DNA of 34,445 nt from Octopus sinensis (GCF_006345805.1 NW_021829940.1:1-34445); one strand, 5' to 3'. Counted from the first letter of the stretch, positions 1-11,898 are shown. Notes: generated by a model not told the origin, from the letters alone. A program made the numbers and translations.

Positions 1-174
1 GACAATAATAATGTTAACCTATACTCAACTGAAATCCAATCTTGATGACGTCATGACAACACCTAAAGGTTTTTTGTAGTTTAATTTTTTTTATATTATA
101 CTTGCTTCTTGCTTTATGTTTCCTCTTTTCAATTATCGTCGACGAAGAAAATACTTTTGATTATGTCTGACCTT

Positions 175-231
<57 letters not shown>

Positions 232-565
232 ATATAGTATATGTAATATATATATATATATATATAATATATATGAGTATATTATATGTGTATGCTGTAT
301 ATATTTGTGTGCTTATGTACATAAATACACACACATATATATATACGCACACACACGTGCACTGACATATCTTTTATCTTTTTCTCTCTTTGTGTTTTGG
401 TTTGTCTGCATCTCTCTCTCTCACTCTCTCTCTCTCTCTCCTTATATTTGCATGCATGCACATATATACATACATGTCTGCAAATATGCATATATATTTA
501 CACATATCTCTCTATATATATTTATGCTTATATACACGTATATTTAGTCAAATACGTAATGTTTA

Positions 566-603
<38 letters not shown>

Positions 604-860
604 AATGTATGTATGTATGTATGTATGTATGTATGTATGTATGTAGGTATGTATGTATGTATGTATGCAGGTTATGTATGTATGTATATATATATATGTA
701 TATATATATTTAAATATATAAACAAATAAATATATTATATCTATATATATATATATATATATATAGTGTGTGTGTGTTAGAGAGAGATGCACATTATATA
801 AATGTCTATGTATAAATATATATCTGTAAATGTGTGTATGTGCGTGCGCTTGTGTGTGCG
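175..860. repeat. Compound microsatellite block (TA)n/(CT)n/(TATG)n/(TG)n
   Basis: Direct reading of simple repeats; overlapping ORFs are YIYI/MYVC artefacts. Confidence 0.95.
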
Positions 861-1856
861 TGGATGAATGCGTATATCTAGGTCTCTCCGGGTACGTATG
901 AAAAATAAAAACAAAAAATTCTCGAAGATGTCAACGGGTACTTCTATGATAAGATGTTGTGGTGATTGTATTTCTTGATTTATAAATAGTCTTAAAAGAT
1001 AATGGAATACATAATTAATACGCGCCAGACGTAAACAGCTCGCTCAGGAAAGTTTTGTAAGCATCGTAATCATAGAAACAGCCGTTACGAGATCAAGCCC
1101 TGGTTCTTGCTTTGATTTCGTTTTGATGGGTTTTTTATGTATCGTTCATGCTTCAGTTGATGCAGGAGAGAACACGACCATATCTTTGGTCATCGCATTC
1201 TTCTTTGCTATAATGGGGCAAAAAGACCATTGTACGGTACTGTTACTACAGTTTTCTCGCCCAGAGATTTATAATTAGTTGATTAGAAATGGCTTTTCTG
1301 ATAATTTTTCCACTTTAATAGCACCTAATAACTTATGAACATCTAATTATTGAAGTGGAAAAATTATCAGAAAAATTCATTTTTTCAGAAATATAGTACT
1401 GTACGAAGGAATTTCTATTTATATATATATATACACTTCCAATATAGGGATAAAATTTTTCAAAAAAGAATTTTATCAGTGGCCAGCATACTAAAATATA
1501 TTTTAAGGTGAAAATTATAAACAATTATAAAATAAGGGCAAAAGAAAACAATTTTCTATGCCAATATGCTGAAATATAGACTTTAGATCGTCTGACCACA
1601 TACAAAATTTTTCGCTATAAATACACAGCGTGTTGAAACGAAGAAAGCAAGCTAACAGAATGTTGTGATCTTGACCCCTTATACGCTATGGAAACCTGGT
1701 AATCAGCCCTATGAGTCTCAGGACCAAGACATAACGTACAGGGGTTGATGATTATATTTCCCAATTTATAAAATCTTCCCTGCTACATCTTCCCAAAGTG
1801 AAGATAAAATTTTGTATTCTTGACCAGTGACATAAAATTTTAAATTACATCACTTT

Positions 1857-2070
1857 GATTTCAAATTTTGGCACAAAGCTAGCAATTTCTGGGGAGGGGC
1901 TAAGTCAATTACATCGACCCCAGAGCTCAACTGGTCTTTATTTCATCGGCCCTGAAAGGAGAAAAGGCAAAGTCGACACCGGCGGAATTTGAACCCAGAG
2001 CGTAAAAGCGGACGAAACGCCGCTAAACGTTTTGTCCGGCATGTTAGTGTTTCTACCAAGTGGCCGCCTT
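1857..2070 (-). mobile_element. tRNA-derived SINE family A, near full length
   Basis: Minus strand starts AAGGCGGCCACTTGGTAGAAAC and has B-box-like GGGTTCAAATTCC; homologous copies at 3748, 3979, 4143, 12176, 14680, 15533 and 20095. Confidence 0.85.
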
Positions 2071-2249
2071 AAATTTTTAAATTTCATGACTTCGTTTTAA
2101 AATAGCTAGACTCATTTTAAGGTGACATAACCCCACTTTGGAATAAGTTTTTGCACTTTAAAGGAGCATGTTTTCATTTTAAAATCGTTATTCTCACTTT
2201 GAAATGGCATGTCCTTCATTAACTTACAATTTCTTTAGTATTTATAGTG

Positions 2250-2440
2250 GTGTTTGTTGTTCTTGTTTAGCCCCAGGTCAGCAATGATCAAACAGATCTA
2301 CAATTGTTTCAATGGTCAGTATAACTTTGTTTTCGGATTATGAATCAAAGACTGTTGAGCTTTTGCCTATTTAATAAGGCAGGGTGTGACCTTAGGGAGG
2401 TTTTACTGCTATTTCTAGCAGGCTGGAAAACTGCGTAGAG
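2250..2440. mobile_element. Old interspersed repeat family D fragment
   Basis: Shares motifs (TTTAGCCCCAGGTCAG, GCTATTTCTAGCAG) with pieces at 3400-3722, 8965-9285 and 20345-20558. Confidence 0.5.
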
Positions 2441-2547
2441 TAAAGCATCTGGTCATAGATTTTCGCGTTTAGGGCTACACTTGGGCAAAAACAACAACAA
2501 CAAAGAATATCCAAGTTGTTATTCAGACGACGAAGTTTCACATATGA

Positions 2548-2567
2548 GCGAGAGAGAAAGAGAAGAG

Positions 2568-2605
<38 letters not shown>

Positions 2606-2632
2606 GGTGGAAAACGACAGACAGACAGAGAG

Positions 2633-2679
<47 letters not shown>

Positions 2680-2727
2680 GGTGGAAAACGACAGACAGAC
2701 AGAGAGAAAAAGAGAGAGAGAGAGAGC
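2548..2727. repeat. (GA)n tract with a 74-bp internal tandem duplication
   Basis: GGGTGGTGGAAAACGACAGACAGACAGAGAGAAAAA occurs at 2602 and 2676. Confidence 0.9.
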
Positions 2728-2734
2728 GATTGCT

Positions 2735-2882
2735 TTGGTTTGGCAGAAGACCAAGAATTTCAAGTAGGGGAAGTAGGGACAATGGAATTCCAAAGAATAC
2801 ATTACTGGGGTTGAATTTAACGACCCTTGGTAGAACGGAGGAAAAAGTCGAACTCAAAGTGAATTTGAACCCAGGATGTAAG
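2735..2882 (-). mobile_element. Degenerate SINE family A
   Basis: AAAGTCGAACTC...GAATTTGAACCCAGGATGTAA matches the family A core. Confidence 0.6.
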
Positions 2883-3399
2883 AAGAAAGAAAATATTTAG
2901 TGTAACATATTTAATCGGGGGTTCCATCCCTTTTGCCAACTCGCAGTCTTCAAATTTCAGATAATAAAAAGAAAGCTCGAAGAATGAAAGAAAACTTGAA
3001 AGAAAAGAAGAGAAGAAAAAACAGAATGAAGTGTTTAGAAAGAATTTCAGCTTCACATCTCCAAGCAAGAAAGCTCTGCAAAAGATCAAAGGGATTTAAG
3101 TTTCATCTCGTTTCCTAATTGTTCGAGAAAATTCTTCAGAAGAATGGGAATGGCATAATATGGGTCTCGGAAGTAATTTATCTGTTGTGCATCAAACGAG
3201 GTAATTGTTTCCAAAAGTATTGGCAAGGACGTGGTGATGAGGGTTGGGCAGTGTTTGGTACGCTGGTAATGTTACACAGAACAGATCTTAAGAACACACA
3301 CCGGTAGTACTAAGAAGTCAAACGCGTTCATCGTGTAACAGAACAGATATGGACCGTATCGGCACGAAGGTATTGAACGTAGAGCTCAAAGGTAGCGGA

Positions 3400-3722
3400 G
3401 GAAGCTTCTATGCTATCGCTAGAGCTACTAAAAATAGCAGTCAATTTCTCCCTCAAACCACACCTTATTCTTTAAAAAACAAAATGTGGGGAAGGGAAGG
3501 GAAGATCACACATTTTCCAAGTTTGGTGTATCGAGATTTTTATACTCAAAATACACGGAAGACAATTGAGCCAATGGGGAATTTATACAGATAAACATAG
3601 CCTGGTGATGATGGCGGGGAGAGAAGATGAAAGATGGACGGGATGGTCTTACGTTGAAAACTTTTGATCCTAAACCCTATCCGATCAGGACTGATCTAGA
3701 GATAGACAACACCACCAACAAA
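3400..3722. mobile_element. Interspersed repeat family D, opposite orientation to the 2250 copy
   Basis: CTAAAAATAGCAGTCAATTTCTCCCTCAAACCACACC...GACGGGATGGTC...CAACACCACCAACA; collinear with 20345-20558. Confidence 0.55.
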
Positions 3723-3747
3723 AATAGTAATACTTCTCTCTAAGTTT

Positions 3748-3963
3748 GATTTCAAATTTTGGCACAAAGCCAGCAACTTTAGGAGAAGTCTAAGTCGATT
3801 TCATTGACGCCATTGTTTAACTGGTACTTTATTTTATCGACCCCGAAATGATGGAAAGTAGAGTCGACCTCGGCGAATTGTGAAGTCCGAACGTAAAGAG
3901 CTGGAAGAAATGCCGTTAAGCATTTTGTCCGACGCACTAACTATTATGCCTGTTTGCCGCATT
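3748..3963 (-). mobile_element. SINE family A
   Basis: Collinear with 1857-2070. Confidence 0.85.
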
Positions 3964-3978
3964 AATAATAATAATAAT

Positions 3979-4110
3979 CCTTTCTACTATAGGCACAAAG
4001 CCTGAAATTTGAGGAGCGGGGGATAGTCGATCACATTGACCCCAGTATTTGACTGGTACTTAATTTATCGACCCGAAAGGATGAAAAGCAAAGTCGACCT
4101 AAGCGGAATA
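3979..4110 (-). mobile_element. SINE family A, 3' part only (variant tail)
   Basis: GGCACAAAGCCTGAAATTT...CTGGTACTTAATTTATCGACCCGAAAGGATGAAAAGCAAAGTCGACC. Confidence 0.8.
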
Positions 4111-4142
4111 TTATTATCATTAATAATAATGATAATAATAAT

Positions 4143-4301
4143 GATTTTAAATGTTGGCACAAGGCCAGCAATTTCGAGTGAGTGGGTAAGTTGATCCCAG
4201 TGCTCAGTTGGGGATGAAAGGCAAAGTCGACCGCTGCGGAATTTGAACTCAGAACGTAAAGACGGACAAAGTGCCGCTTAGCATTTTGCCCAGCGTGTTA
4301 G
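4143..4301 (-). mobile_element. SINE family A, internally deleted and truncated
   Basis: GGCACAAGGCCAGCAATTT...GAATTTGAACTCAGAACGTAAAGACGGAC. Confidence 0.8.
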
Positions 4302-4302
4302 G

Positions 4303-4810
4303 AATGAAAGTGGTGTGATGATCCTGGACTTTGCCAAAAGCCATGGACTTTGCATCGCTGGACTTCGTATTCCAGTACTGGTCGTGTGACAAAGGAGATC
4401 GACCACGTACTTGTAGATGGCCGCTAGAGACTCCTAAAGAACTGCAAGGTTTCTTTGAGTTTTAGTTTCTATGGTATCAGCCACAAGCTTGTGGCTGAGT
4501 TGAGATTGCAACTGAAGAGGCTGACGGCAAGCAACAACTCTTCCCAGGAACTGGGATGCGTCCTGTTACTTGTATAATCCAAAAGTGCCAGCTTAGACTC
4601 ATTGGCCATGTTGCTCGATTTTCTAGGTTGACAACTAGCGTTGGTCGACTGCATACCACATGATCATAACAGATGAGGAAGTACCTCGCGGAGATGGGGA
4701 GTGGCCGGGACTCTGTTCGGTGGGTCACCCGGGAGGACCCGGGAGTATACTAACAAATGATGAATGTTGCAACTCGCTGCAACGGCACATACTCCCATAT
4801 CTGACCTGAC
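4303..4810 (+). mobile_element. Degenerate RTE-clade LINE remnant: AP-endonuclease C-terminal part joined to ORF C-terminus, RT absent
   Basis: Manual translation with frameshifts and stops: NESGVMILDFAKSHGLCIAG; STGRVTKEIDHVLVDGR*RLLKNCKV...SHKLVAELRLQLK; GMRPVTCIIQKCQLRLIGHVARF; ends in a short CTGAC-repeat tail (CTGACCTGAC). Confidence 0.8.
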
Positions 4811-4814
4811 TTAT

Positions 4815-4865
4815 TTATCTGTCTGTATCTGCCAGTCTGTCTGTATGTATGTATGACTCTCTGTC

Positions 4866-4899
<34 letters not shown>

Positions 4900-4998
4900 G
4901 TTTTATCTGTGTATCTACCAATCTTTCTGTCTGTCTGTCCGTCCATCGTCCATTCATCTGTCTATGTATGTATGTATGTATGTATGTATGTATGTATG

Positions 4999-5035
<37 letters not shown>

Positions 5036-5455
5036 CTCTGTCTGTCTGTCTAGCTAGCTATCTGTTTGGCTGTCTGTCTGTCTGTCTGTTTGTCTATCTA
5101 TACATATACATAAACACACATATACATATACACATACGTAAATATATATGTGTATGCGTGTTTATTTAAACACGCACTTACGCATACACACACACACATT
5201 AAAGTTTCCGTTTGCCTATTGTCATGGACTATACACACACACACATACACACACACACACATATACACACACATACATATGCGTATATACATATATATGT
5301 ATACTCATTTATACATACACGCACATATGCATGCATTACATACATACATATAGGAATACATTGATAACGCCCTATATATATACAAGCACACACATACACG
5401 CACATACACATACACACACACAGACACACCTACACACACACACATACACACATAT
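4815..5455. repeat. Compound microsatellite (TCTA)n/(TATG)n/(CA)n
   Basis: Direct reading. Confidence 0.95.
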
Positions 5456-5624
5456 TTGTCTGTTAGGATAAGGGTGTTTTATTTTAATGATGTGACGGAA
5501 GGATTTATAAAAACATCGTTAATCTAGGAAACCGCTACTTGACATCTCGCTAGTTCTTCTATTACATAAGCAATTGTGTTGGTTGGGTGAAAAGACGTGC
5601 CACGTGCCGTCTGACTCCAGTGCA

Positions 5625-5988
5625 TCAACACCATCATCACTACCACTACCACCAGCACCACCACCACCACCACCAACAACAACAATAATATCAACACCAT
5701 CATCGCCATCACCACCGCCACCAACACCATCACCATTACGACGACGACCACCCCCACCACCACCACCAGAGCAACAACAACAACAACAACCATTAGAATC
5801 GGTGCTGGGCAACATTGCTACAATCCTCATCGTTATCTTCCTCGTTTCTCCTCCGCGTTGTCATCGTCACCTCATCCCCATCATTGCCATTGTCATCGTC
5901 ATCGTCACCATCGTCATCATCCTCATCGTCTTTATTATCACCTCACTATTACTCTTATATATACAAACGTATAATGCGAATAATAATA

Positions 5989-6062
<74 letters not shown>
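5625..6062. repeat. Trinucleotide low-complexity region (CAC/CAA/CAT) ending in a pure (TAA)n tract at 5982-6062
   Basis: Direct reading. Confidence 0.9.
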
Positions 6063-6066
<4 letters not shown>

Positions 6067-6576
6067 GATGGTATAGGCACACACCAGAAAAGTTCACAGA
6101 AAACGAGAAAGCAACCATACTCTGGGATATGCCGATACACACAGATAGAGAAATTAAGGCCAACAGACCAGATATAGTTGTCAGAGATCACGAAGAAAAA
6201 AAATGCTTTCTAATTGATGTATCAATACCGGCAGATGACAACGTGTCTCTAAAAGAAATGGAGAAACTCTCAAAATACAAAGACCAGGAAATAGAGGTAA
6301 CCAGAATGTGGAATCTGAAAACAGAAACAATTCCTATCATAGTAGGTGCATTAGGCATGATAAAAAAATATTCAGACAAATACATAACAAAAACACCAGG
6401 ACTTACAAACGCATATAACATACAGAAAATTGCACTACTAGGCACTGCACACATCCTACGCAGAACACTTTTCATACAATAACCATCAGAGCATCACAAC
6501 AAATCACAGCACATACCCAAGGCACACAGAGCTGCGCTCGGTAGTGAAGTGAAAGCACGCTATAAAAATAAAACTA

Positions 6577-6579
<3 letters not shown>
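6063..6579 (+). mobile_element. 5'-truncated R4/Dong-clade non-LTR retrotransposon: restriction-like endonuclease C-terminus (6063-6482) plus 3' UTR
   Basis: Uninterrupted frame WYRHTPEKFTENEKATILWDMPIHTDREIKANRPDIVVRD...LIDVSIP...EKLSKY...IPIIVGALG...QKIALLGTAHILRRTL*, the PD-D-K RLE signature of R4/Dong ORFs; (TAA)n on both sides. Confidence 0.92.
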
Positions 6580-6620
<41 letters not shown>

Positions 6621-6724
6621 CAACAACAACAACAGCAGCAGCAACAACAACAACAGCAACAACAACAACAATAATAATAATAACAACAACAACAACAACA
6701 GCAACAACAACGACGACGACGACG

Positions 6725-6771
<47 letters not shown>

Positions 6772-6823
6772 AATAATAATAATAATATAATAATAATAAT
6801 AACAATAATAATAATAATAATAA
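6580..6823. repeat. Compound (TAA)n/(CAA)n/(CAG)/(CGA)n triplet tract
   Basis: Direct reading. Confidence 0.95.
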
Positions 6824-7378
6824 CTGCCCTGATGCAGTACCAGACAGTGGCTCGCATGGTTTCTGATCTTAACTCATTGGAAGTGTTATCATGTACATTG
6901 TTTTGTCTTCGTATGAAAGATGGGCTACAGCAAATATTCTGCTCAATACCACAGATTTGCTTGTCATTTGTTTGACCTTAACCAGTTGAACATGTCCCTT
7001 AGTGGCTGACGATATGTGCATCTCTGATCACGAGCAGAAGTAGTGGGGAGCATCATAGCCGTGAGTTGAAAGGAATTCTTAGAGGTTTGGATAATTCACT
7101 TTTGGAAACAAGGGTGTTTCCTTCAACATCCTTAAACAATCCTTATTCAAGGACCTTTTGAGCAGGATGGGCTACTCGATCAGAAGAAAATTCTAACTGG
7201 GCCCCACCTACAAGGTCATGTGCTATTTATCTTGATATGAGATCACCATATCGCGCACATATGGTTGTGATGCATATGCCTGATGTACCCTTATGAGACG
7301 GGTAGTCATGATGGGTATACTGAGTTTCGTATATTTTACCCCAGTGTCACTTGGATGGCATGCACTGCTCTTTCACTC
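6824..7378 (+). mobile_element. TAA-associated interspersed element E, longest copy, non-coding; probably a retroelement 3' UTR or non-autonomous retroposon
   Basis: Flanked by (TAA)n on both sides; high-identity partial copies at 22720-23019 and 23619-23867. Strand assigned by analogy with the TAA tail of the neighbouring Dong element. Confidence 0.8.
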
Positions 7379-8842
7379 AATAATAATAATAATAATCATA
7401 TAGGTTTTGCAGTCATTTTCGTACATTTGTCAGTCAATTTGATAATCGGGTCATTCAAAATACCGAAAAAATTAGTGCCATGAAGTTAGTCCTTCAAATT
7501 CGTTTTTCGATCATTTAGTTTTGCACTTCAGTCAAAGAATTTAGCATTTACATCAGTGAAATTAAAATGCCCGTCGACAGCATTCAAATTAATCAGAATG
7601 TGAGGAAGCGTCTTTTCGAGCATTCAAATTCGTTCCGGAGTGATCTATTTAACACTTTGAGCAATCAAATTAGCGCGATGGCTCTTTTGGTTTTATCTCA
7701 TGATCATTGTTATCATAATCATGTGTTTTCATCCATTGTTTTTGTTGTAAGCACTCTTTCGTACCCATGTCTTTTCTATGCATTCTTTTATTTTTGTACA
7801 GGTACAAGTATTTATTGTTGAAGTCTTCATGAAATCACATTCCAGCCTTTTCAATCTTTTTAAGGCAACTCGCAATTACAATTGCTCAGTTCCTTTGAAT
7901 TTTGAATACATTATGTTGTGATATATTTGTTCTTCCTTTGCCTAATATGTCTTGTTAGATAAAGTATATATTTTTTTGATTTTGCACTTTTCTCTTTCAT
8001 CGGGGAAAGGGTACACTAAGATAATTATTGATTTACAGTCTTGATAAGGAGAGTTCGTTTGAGAGGATTTAGCCGTCTATTTCCTGGCGGTCGAGGCATC
8101 TCAGTTAGTCTAGGTGTACCTATACCATTGAACACAATTTTCTGGAGTGATAGCATCGATGCTACGCCTTGCGACCTGTTGTATCATATGTACTCGCCAT
8201 TCTTCCATGGTTCTGTTGGCTGCTTCTGCAACTGCCTGGTTGCCAAACCTTTGCTATAACTCAGCTCGAGCGAGGTCCTGCTTGACAGCCGCCTTATAAG
8301 CGGGTTACACAGTGTTATCAGTCACACTCTTATATATTCCAAATGTTCAGAGGCGAAACACATTTGCTGCCAAAGATGGATAATCAACTTAGACCTGGAT
8401 AGAACTAGGTCCAGTTAGGTGACGCGATACTACCAAACAAACATGATTTTTATTGAACTCCTAATACTTTTTGTTGAATATTTTCTCAAAATTTATCGAA
8501 ATCTATAGTTATGCCGACAGAATCGTGTTAAGGCAGTTACACGGAGGAGAAGCAGTATGATAGTTAAATGAAAGTATCATTAGACATAGATGGACATTAT
8601 TAATGAGATGATCCGATGCAGACGGAGGCAATGACCCATTGGGTTAAAGTTGGTATGGAGGTACTAAAGATGTCAAGAGTACTTGGTGAGTCAATATAGC
8701 ACCACTGGTCAGGGGTACAAGTATAGGAGAATATTTAATTAGCGCTGACAGGTCAAAATAGTAAAAAAAAAAAGAAAATTCAGACTCTGTGTCTGTGGTA
8801 CTGATGTGGAAGAAGGGAGAATGCCAAGTAGTGGTAACAACT

Positions 8843-8843
8843 A

Positions 8844-8888
<45 letters not shown>

Positions 8889-8945
8889 CAGCAGCAGCAG
8901 CAGCTGGTGGAGCAGAGGTAGTAGTAGTAGTAGTAGTTGTTGCTG
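8843..8945. repeat. (TAG)n/(CAG)n microsatellite
   Basis: Direct reading. Confidence 0.95.
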
Positions 8946-8964
8946 TTGTCATTATGTTCTAGTT

Positions 8965-9285
8965 ACGTTGCTCAGCTTCAGATTAGCCTCGATCGAATGC
9001 ATCAGTAACCAAAATGCGCTCCAGCCATGACCATCCCATCTTTATGCCTTTAAGATGGAAACTTAAGAGATCTGGCTTCAGTCAAATGTCCTCCGGCTCA
9101 CGAGTGAACCGCTAGCTGCTAGAAATAGCAATCAAATCTCTCTCAGTCTTGGCCAAAATAAATAAATAAACAAATAAATAAGTAAATAAATAAATTCTAG
9201 ATAACAGTTATTCGAAAATACACACAATGTCTTCAAAAAAGGCAGGACTGTCATGACTAGAAAGCCTTTGATCAAAGGTCTGTTT
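8965..9285. mobile_element. Family D fragments in two orientations
   Basis: TCCAGCCATGACCATCCCATCTTT, then GCTGCTAGAAATAGCAATCAAATCTCTCTC...GCCTTTGATCAAAGGTCTG. Confidence 0.5.
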
Positions 9286-9312
9286 TTTCACCATTGGTGA
9301 TAATGATTAAAA

Positions 9313-10163
9313 CTGTGGCCTTCAACCATTTTTTACCTAAGAACCCCTCTGATTCCTATTTGATTCCAATGGACCCTCATAGGCATTCTAGGGTTTTAAA
9401 ATCCGATTATATTTTCATAATCAAAATTTATAAGATATTGTATTAAGAATGACCGTAGGAGTGGCTGTGTGGTAAGTAGCTTGCATACCAACCACATGGT
9501 TCCAGGTTCAGTCCAACTGCGTGACACCTTAGGTAAGTCTCTTCTGTAGCCTCGGGCCGATCAAAGCCTTGTGAGTGAATTTGGTAAACGGAAACTGAAA
9601 GTAGCCCGCCATATATTGTGTTAAAATCCTCGTTCGACTCTATTCTTTTATTCATTTTAAATATTACACAAATTACCACACAAGAACACGGAGTTTCTAC
9701 CCTTGGCATGTAGCTTCAACCGTGTTTTCTGACGTGAATTTGCTACCCAGAGATCGGTTAACAGAATTATCAATACTAGGATAATTCATTCACCTACTTA
9801 TATATATATATATATATGTATGTATGTGTGTGTATATGTTTGTATATCTGTGCTTGTCCCCCAACATCGCTTGACAACAGATGGTGGTGTGTTTACGTCC
9901 CCGTAACTTAGCGGTTCGGCAAAAGAGACCGATAGAATAAGTACTAGGCTTCCAAAGAATAAGTCCTGGGGTCGATTTGCTCGACTAAAAGCGGTGCTCC
10001 AGCATGCCGCAGTCGAATGACTGAAACAAGTAAAAGAGTAAAAGAGTAAATGTTAAAATATTTCGAGTGTTGCAGAAGTATAACCAGTTTAGTGCACAAA
10101 TTTTAACCACAAAACCTGATAAAGATCCCCGAGGACTATATGGACCCCGGTTGAAAAACATTG
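9313..10163. mobile_element. hAT (Charlie-like) MITE of ~255 bp, interrupted by a SINE
   Basis: Degenerate TIRs CTGTGGCCTTCAACC (9313) and GGTTGAAAAACATTG (10149-10163); 8-bp flanks GATTAAAA and GGTTACAA match at 6/8 with central TA. Confidence 0.65.
9454..10050 (+). mobile_element. tRNA-derived SINE family B (CORE-like motif), full length, with a ~185-bp insertion at its central microsatellite
   Basis: A box TGGCTGTGTGGT, B box GGTTCAGTCC, 3' tail (GTAAAAGA)n; matches 31283 and 32282 copies. Confidence 0.9.
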
Positions 10164-10491
10164 GGTTACAAGAATCGAGGAACCGTTAGGGACATTTTAT
10201 GAAATCTCAGGAATTGTGAAATAATAACTCTATGTTATTGTCACCTGGTATCTCTCTTGTTGGTGTCAGGTAAAGTAGGAGAATGGATTCCACGTCACCA
10301 CAGAAAATTTTAAAATATGAAATGTGCCCATGAACGGAAGAGGCAACCGTGAAGGTTGAGAGCTAGAAAAATAAGTGTAACAAAGAGGTTTAGTGTTTGT
10401 TGGAGATGAATCTGGGAGCAGGACCGTTTCATTGTTCAGGTATGTCATTTTCTTCCAGTCTATAATTCTTACTAAAATTTCGAGGAATTTC

Positions 10492-10509
10492 CACACAGAC
10501 ACAGACACA

Positions 10510-10560
<51 letters not shown>
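10492..10560. repeat. (CA)n microsatellite
   Basis: Direct reading. Confidence 0.95.
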
Positions 10561-10562
<2 letters not shown>

Positions 10563-11543
10563 TTAGGTCAGTGACCTGTGCAGAGTCAGATTACCCCATT
10601 GCTATATCAAAAGCAATCTCCCTATCTAATCTACTCCATAATCTGTAATCAAAATCTACTAAAGTCACTCACGCAGAAAATATTATATCTATTTCAATTC
10701 GGGACAAATCGGAATTTCTCATGCTATAAATCAAGGCGTTATTAAAGACGATCAGGTTAATAGTGATATAATAGTTCACTATATCTAGTTGCAAGAAATA
10801 CAATTCTTACTAATTTCTAGAAGCTTAAACCATTCAACCACCTCTTGGGTATCTGGCCAGAGGGCTAATCAATTTTATATGTATATTTGCGTATGTGCTT
10901 ATAATATTTATAAATACACACGTGCATACATACTTAAAGATATTCTTCAACAATGTTAATCTTAATAACATAGACTACATACTGCCGGTTGGTACCGCCG
11001 CAACCACCACTACCATCTCATCCTACCAGCTCCATCACCGCCATTGTTAACTACATCTTCCAACAAAAATAAACAAGGAAAGAGAGAAAGAGAGAGAGAG
11101 AGAGATAAGATAAAACAGAGATAAATGTCAAGTGCATCTCTGACCACAAGTCTATGTTTTGCACTGGTTCACACCGCTAACAGACAAAATTACAAACCGC
11201 GAACAAAACTGAAGGTGCTACCAAGTTCCAGCATCAACCGTTCCTTATTCTGCAAATCTTCTTTTTCTTCTTAATCTGCACTTCCCTTGATATCTTCCAC
11301 CCCACCCCGCACTCCTCTTCTCCAATTTCTTTCAAGATATGGCATCAACTAAGAAGTAGTTTATATCCGTATGTTTGTTTAATTCATTTTTTTTCAGATA
11401 ATTATAGTCATAGGATGCGGCCGATATATAAATGATTTGGAAGAAGATTCAAGAGTATATAGGTGCATACACGCATATTCATACATACATGCATACAAAC
11501 AGACATATATACATACATCTCTCTCTCTCTCTTTCTCTCTCTG

Positions 11544-11575
<32 letters not shown>

Positions 11576-11614
11576 CATAGGAGAAAGGGGTACGTTACAC
11601 CGCAATAATATATG

Positions 11615-11804
11615 TATAAAACTTATATATATAAAATGTACAAAAGGGGACAAGAACGCAAACTACACAAAGAGACGACACAAAAAAACAGACAGGTCAT
11701 TCGAAGATTAGAGGCTTCCAATGATCTGTCTGTTTTTTGTGTCGTCTCTTTGTGTAGTTTTGCGTTCTTGTCCCCTTTTGTACATTTTATATATAAGTTT
11801 TATA
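11615..11804. repeat. Near-perfect fold-back (arms ~86 bp, 18-nt centre) adjoining (TA)n
   Basis: 11615-11701 is the reverse complement of 11720-11804 apart from a few indels and one mismatch. Confidence 0.92.
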
Positions 11805-11858
11805 TATATATATATATATATTAAGAACCAACTTATATATATATATTATATGTATATA

Positions 11859-11898
<40 letters not shown>

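Noticed and set aside
5574-6482. 302-aa ORF as a genuine gene (proline-rich, hydrophobic segment, nuclease)
   Set aside because: The first ~160 codons are CAC/CAT/ATA microsatellites that happen to be in frame with the truncated Dong ORF; the start codon is TTG and there is no sign of gene structure
7006-7060. CTGACGA in element E (all three copies) as a ribozyme core
   Set aside because: Followed by GAAG or GGAG rather than GAAA, and no consistent stems found
9683-9730. Minus-strand AACACGG-TTGAAG-CTAC...GTAG-AAAC-TCCGTGTT as a hammerhead
   Set aside because: The core is incomplete and there is no room for stem III or a cleavage triplet; at most a remnant
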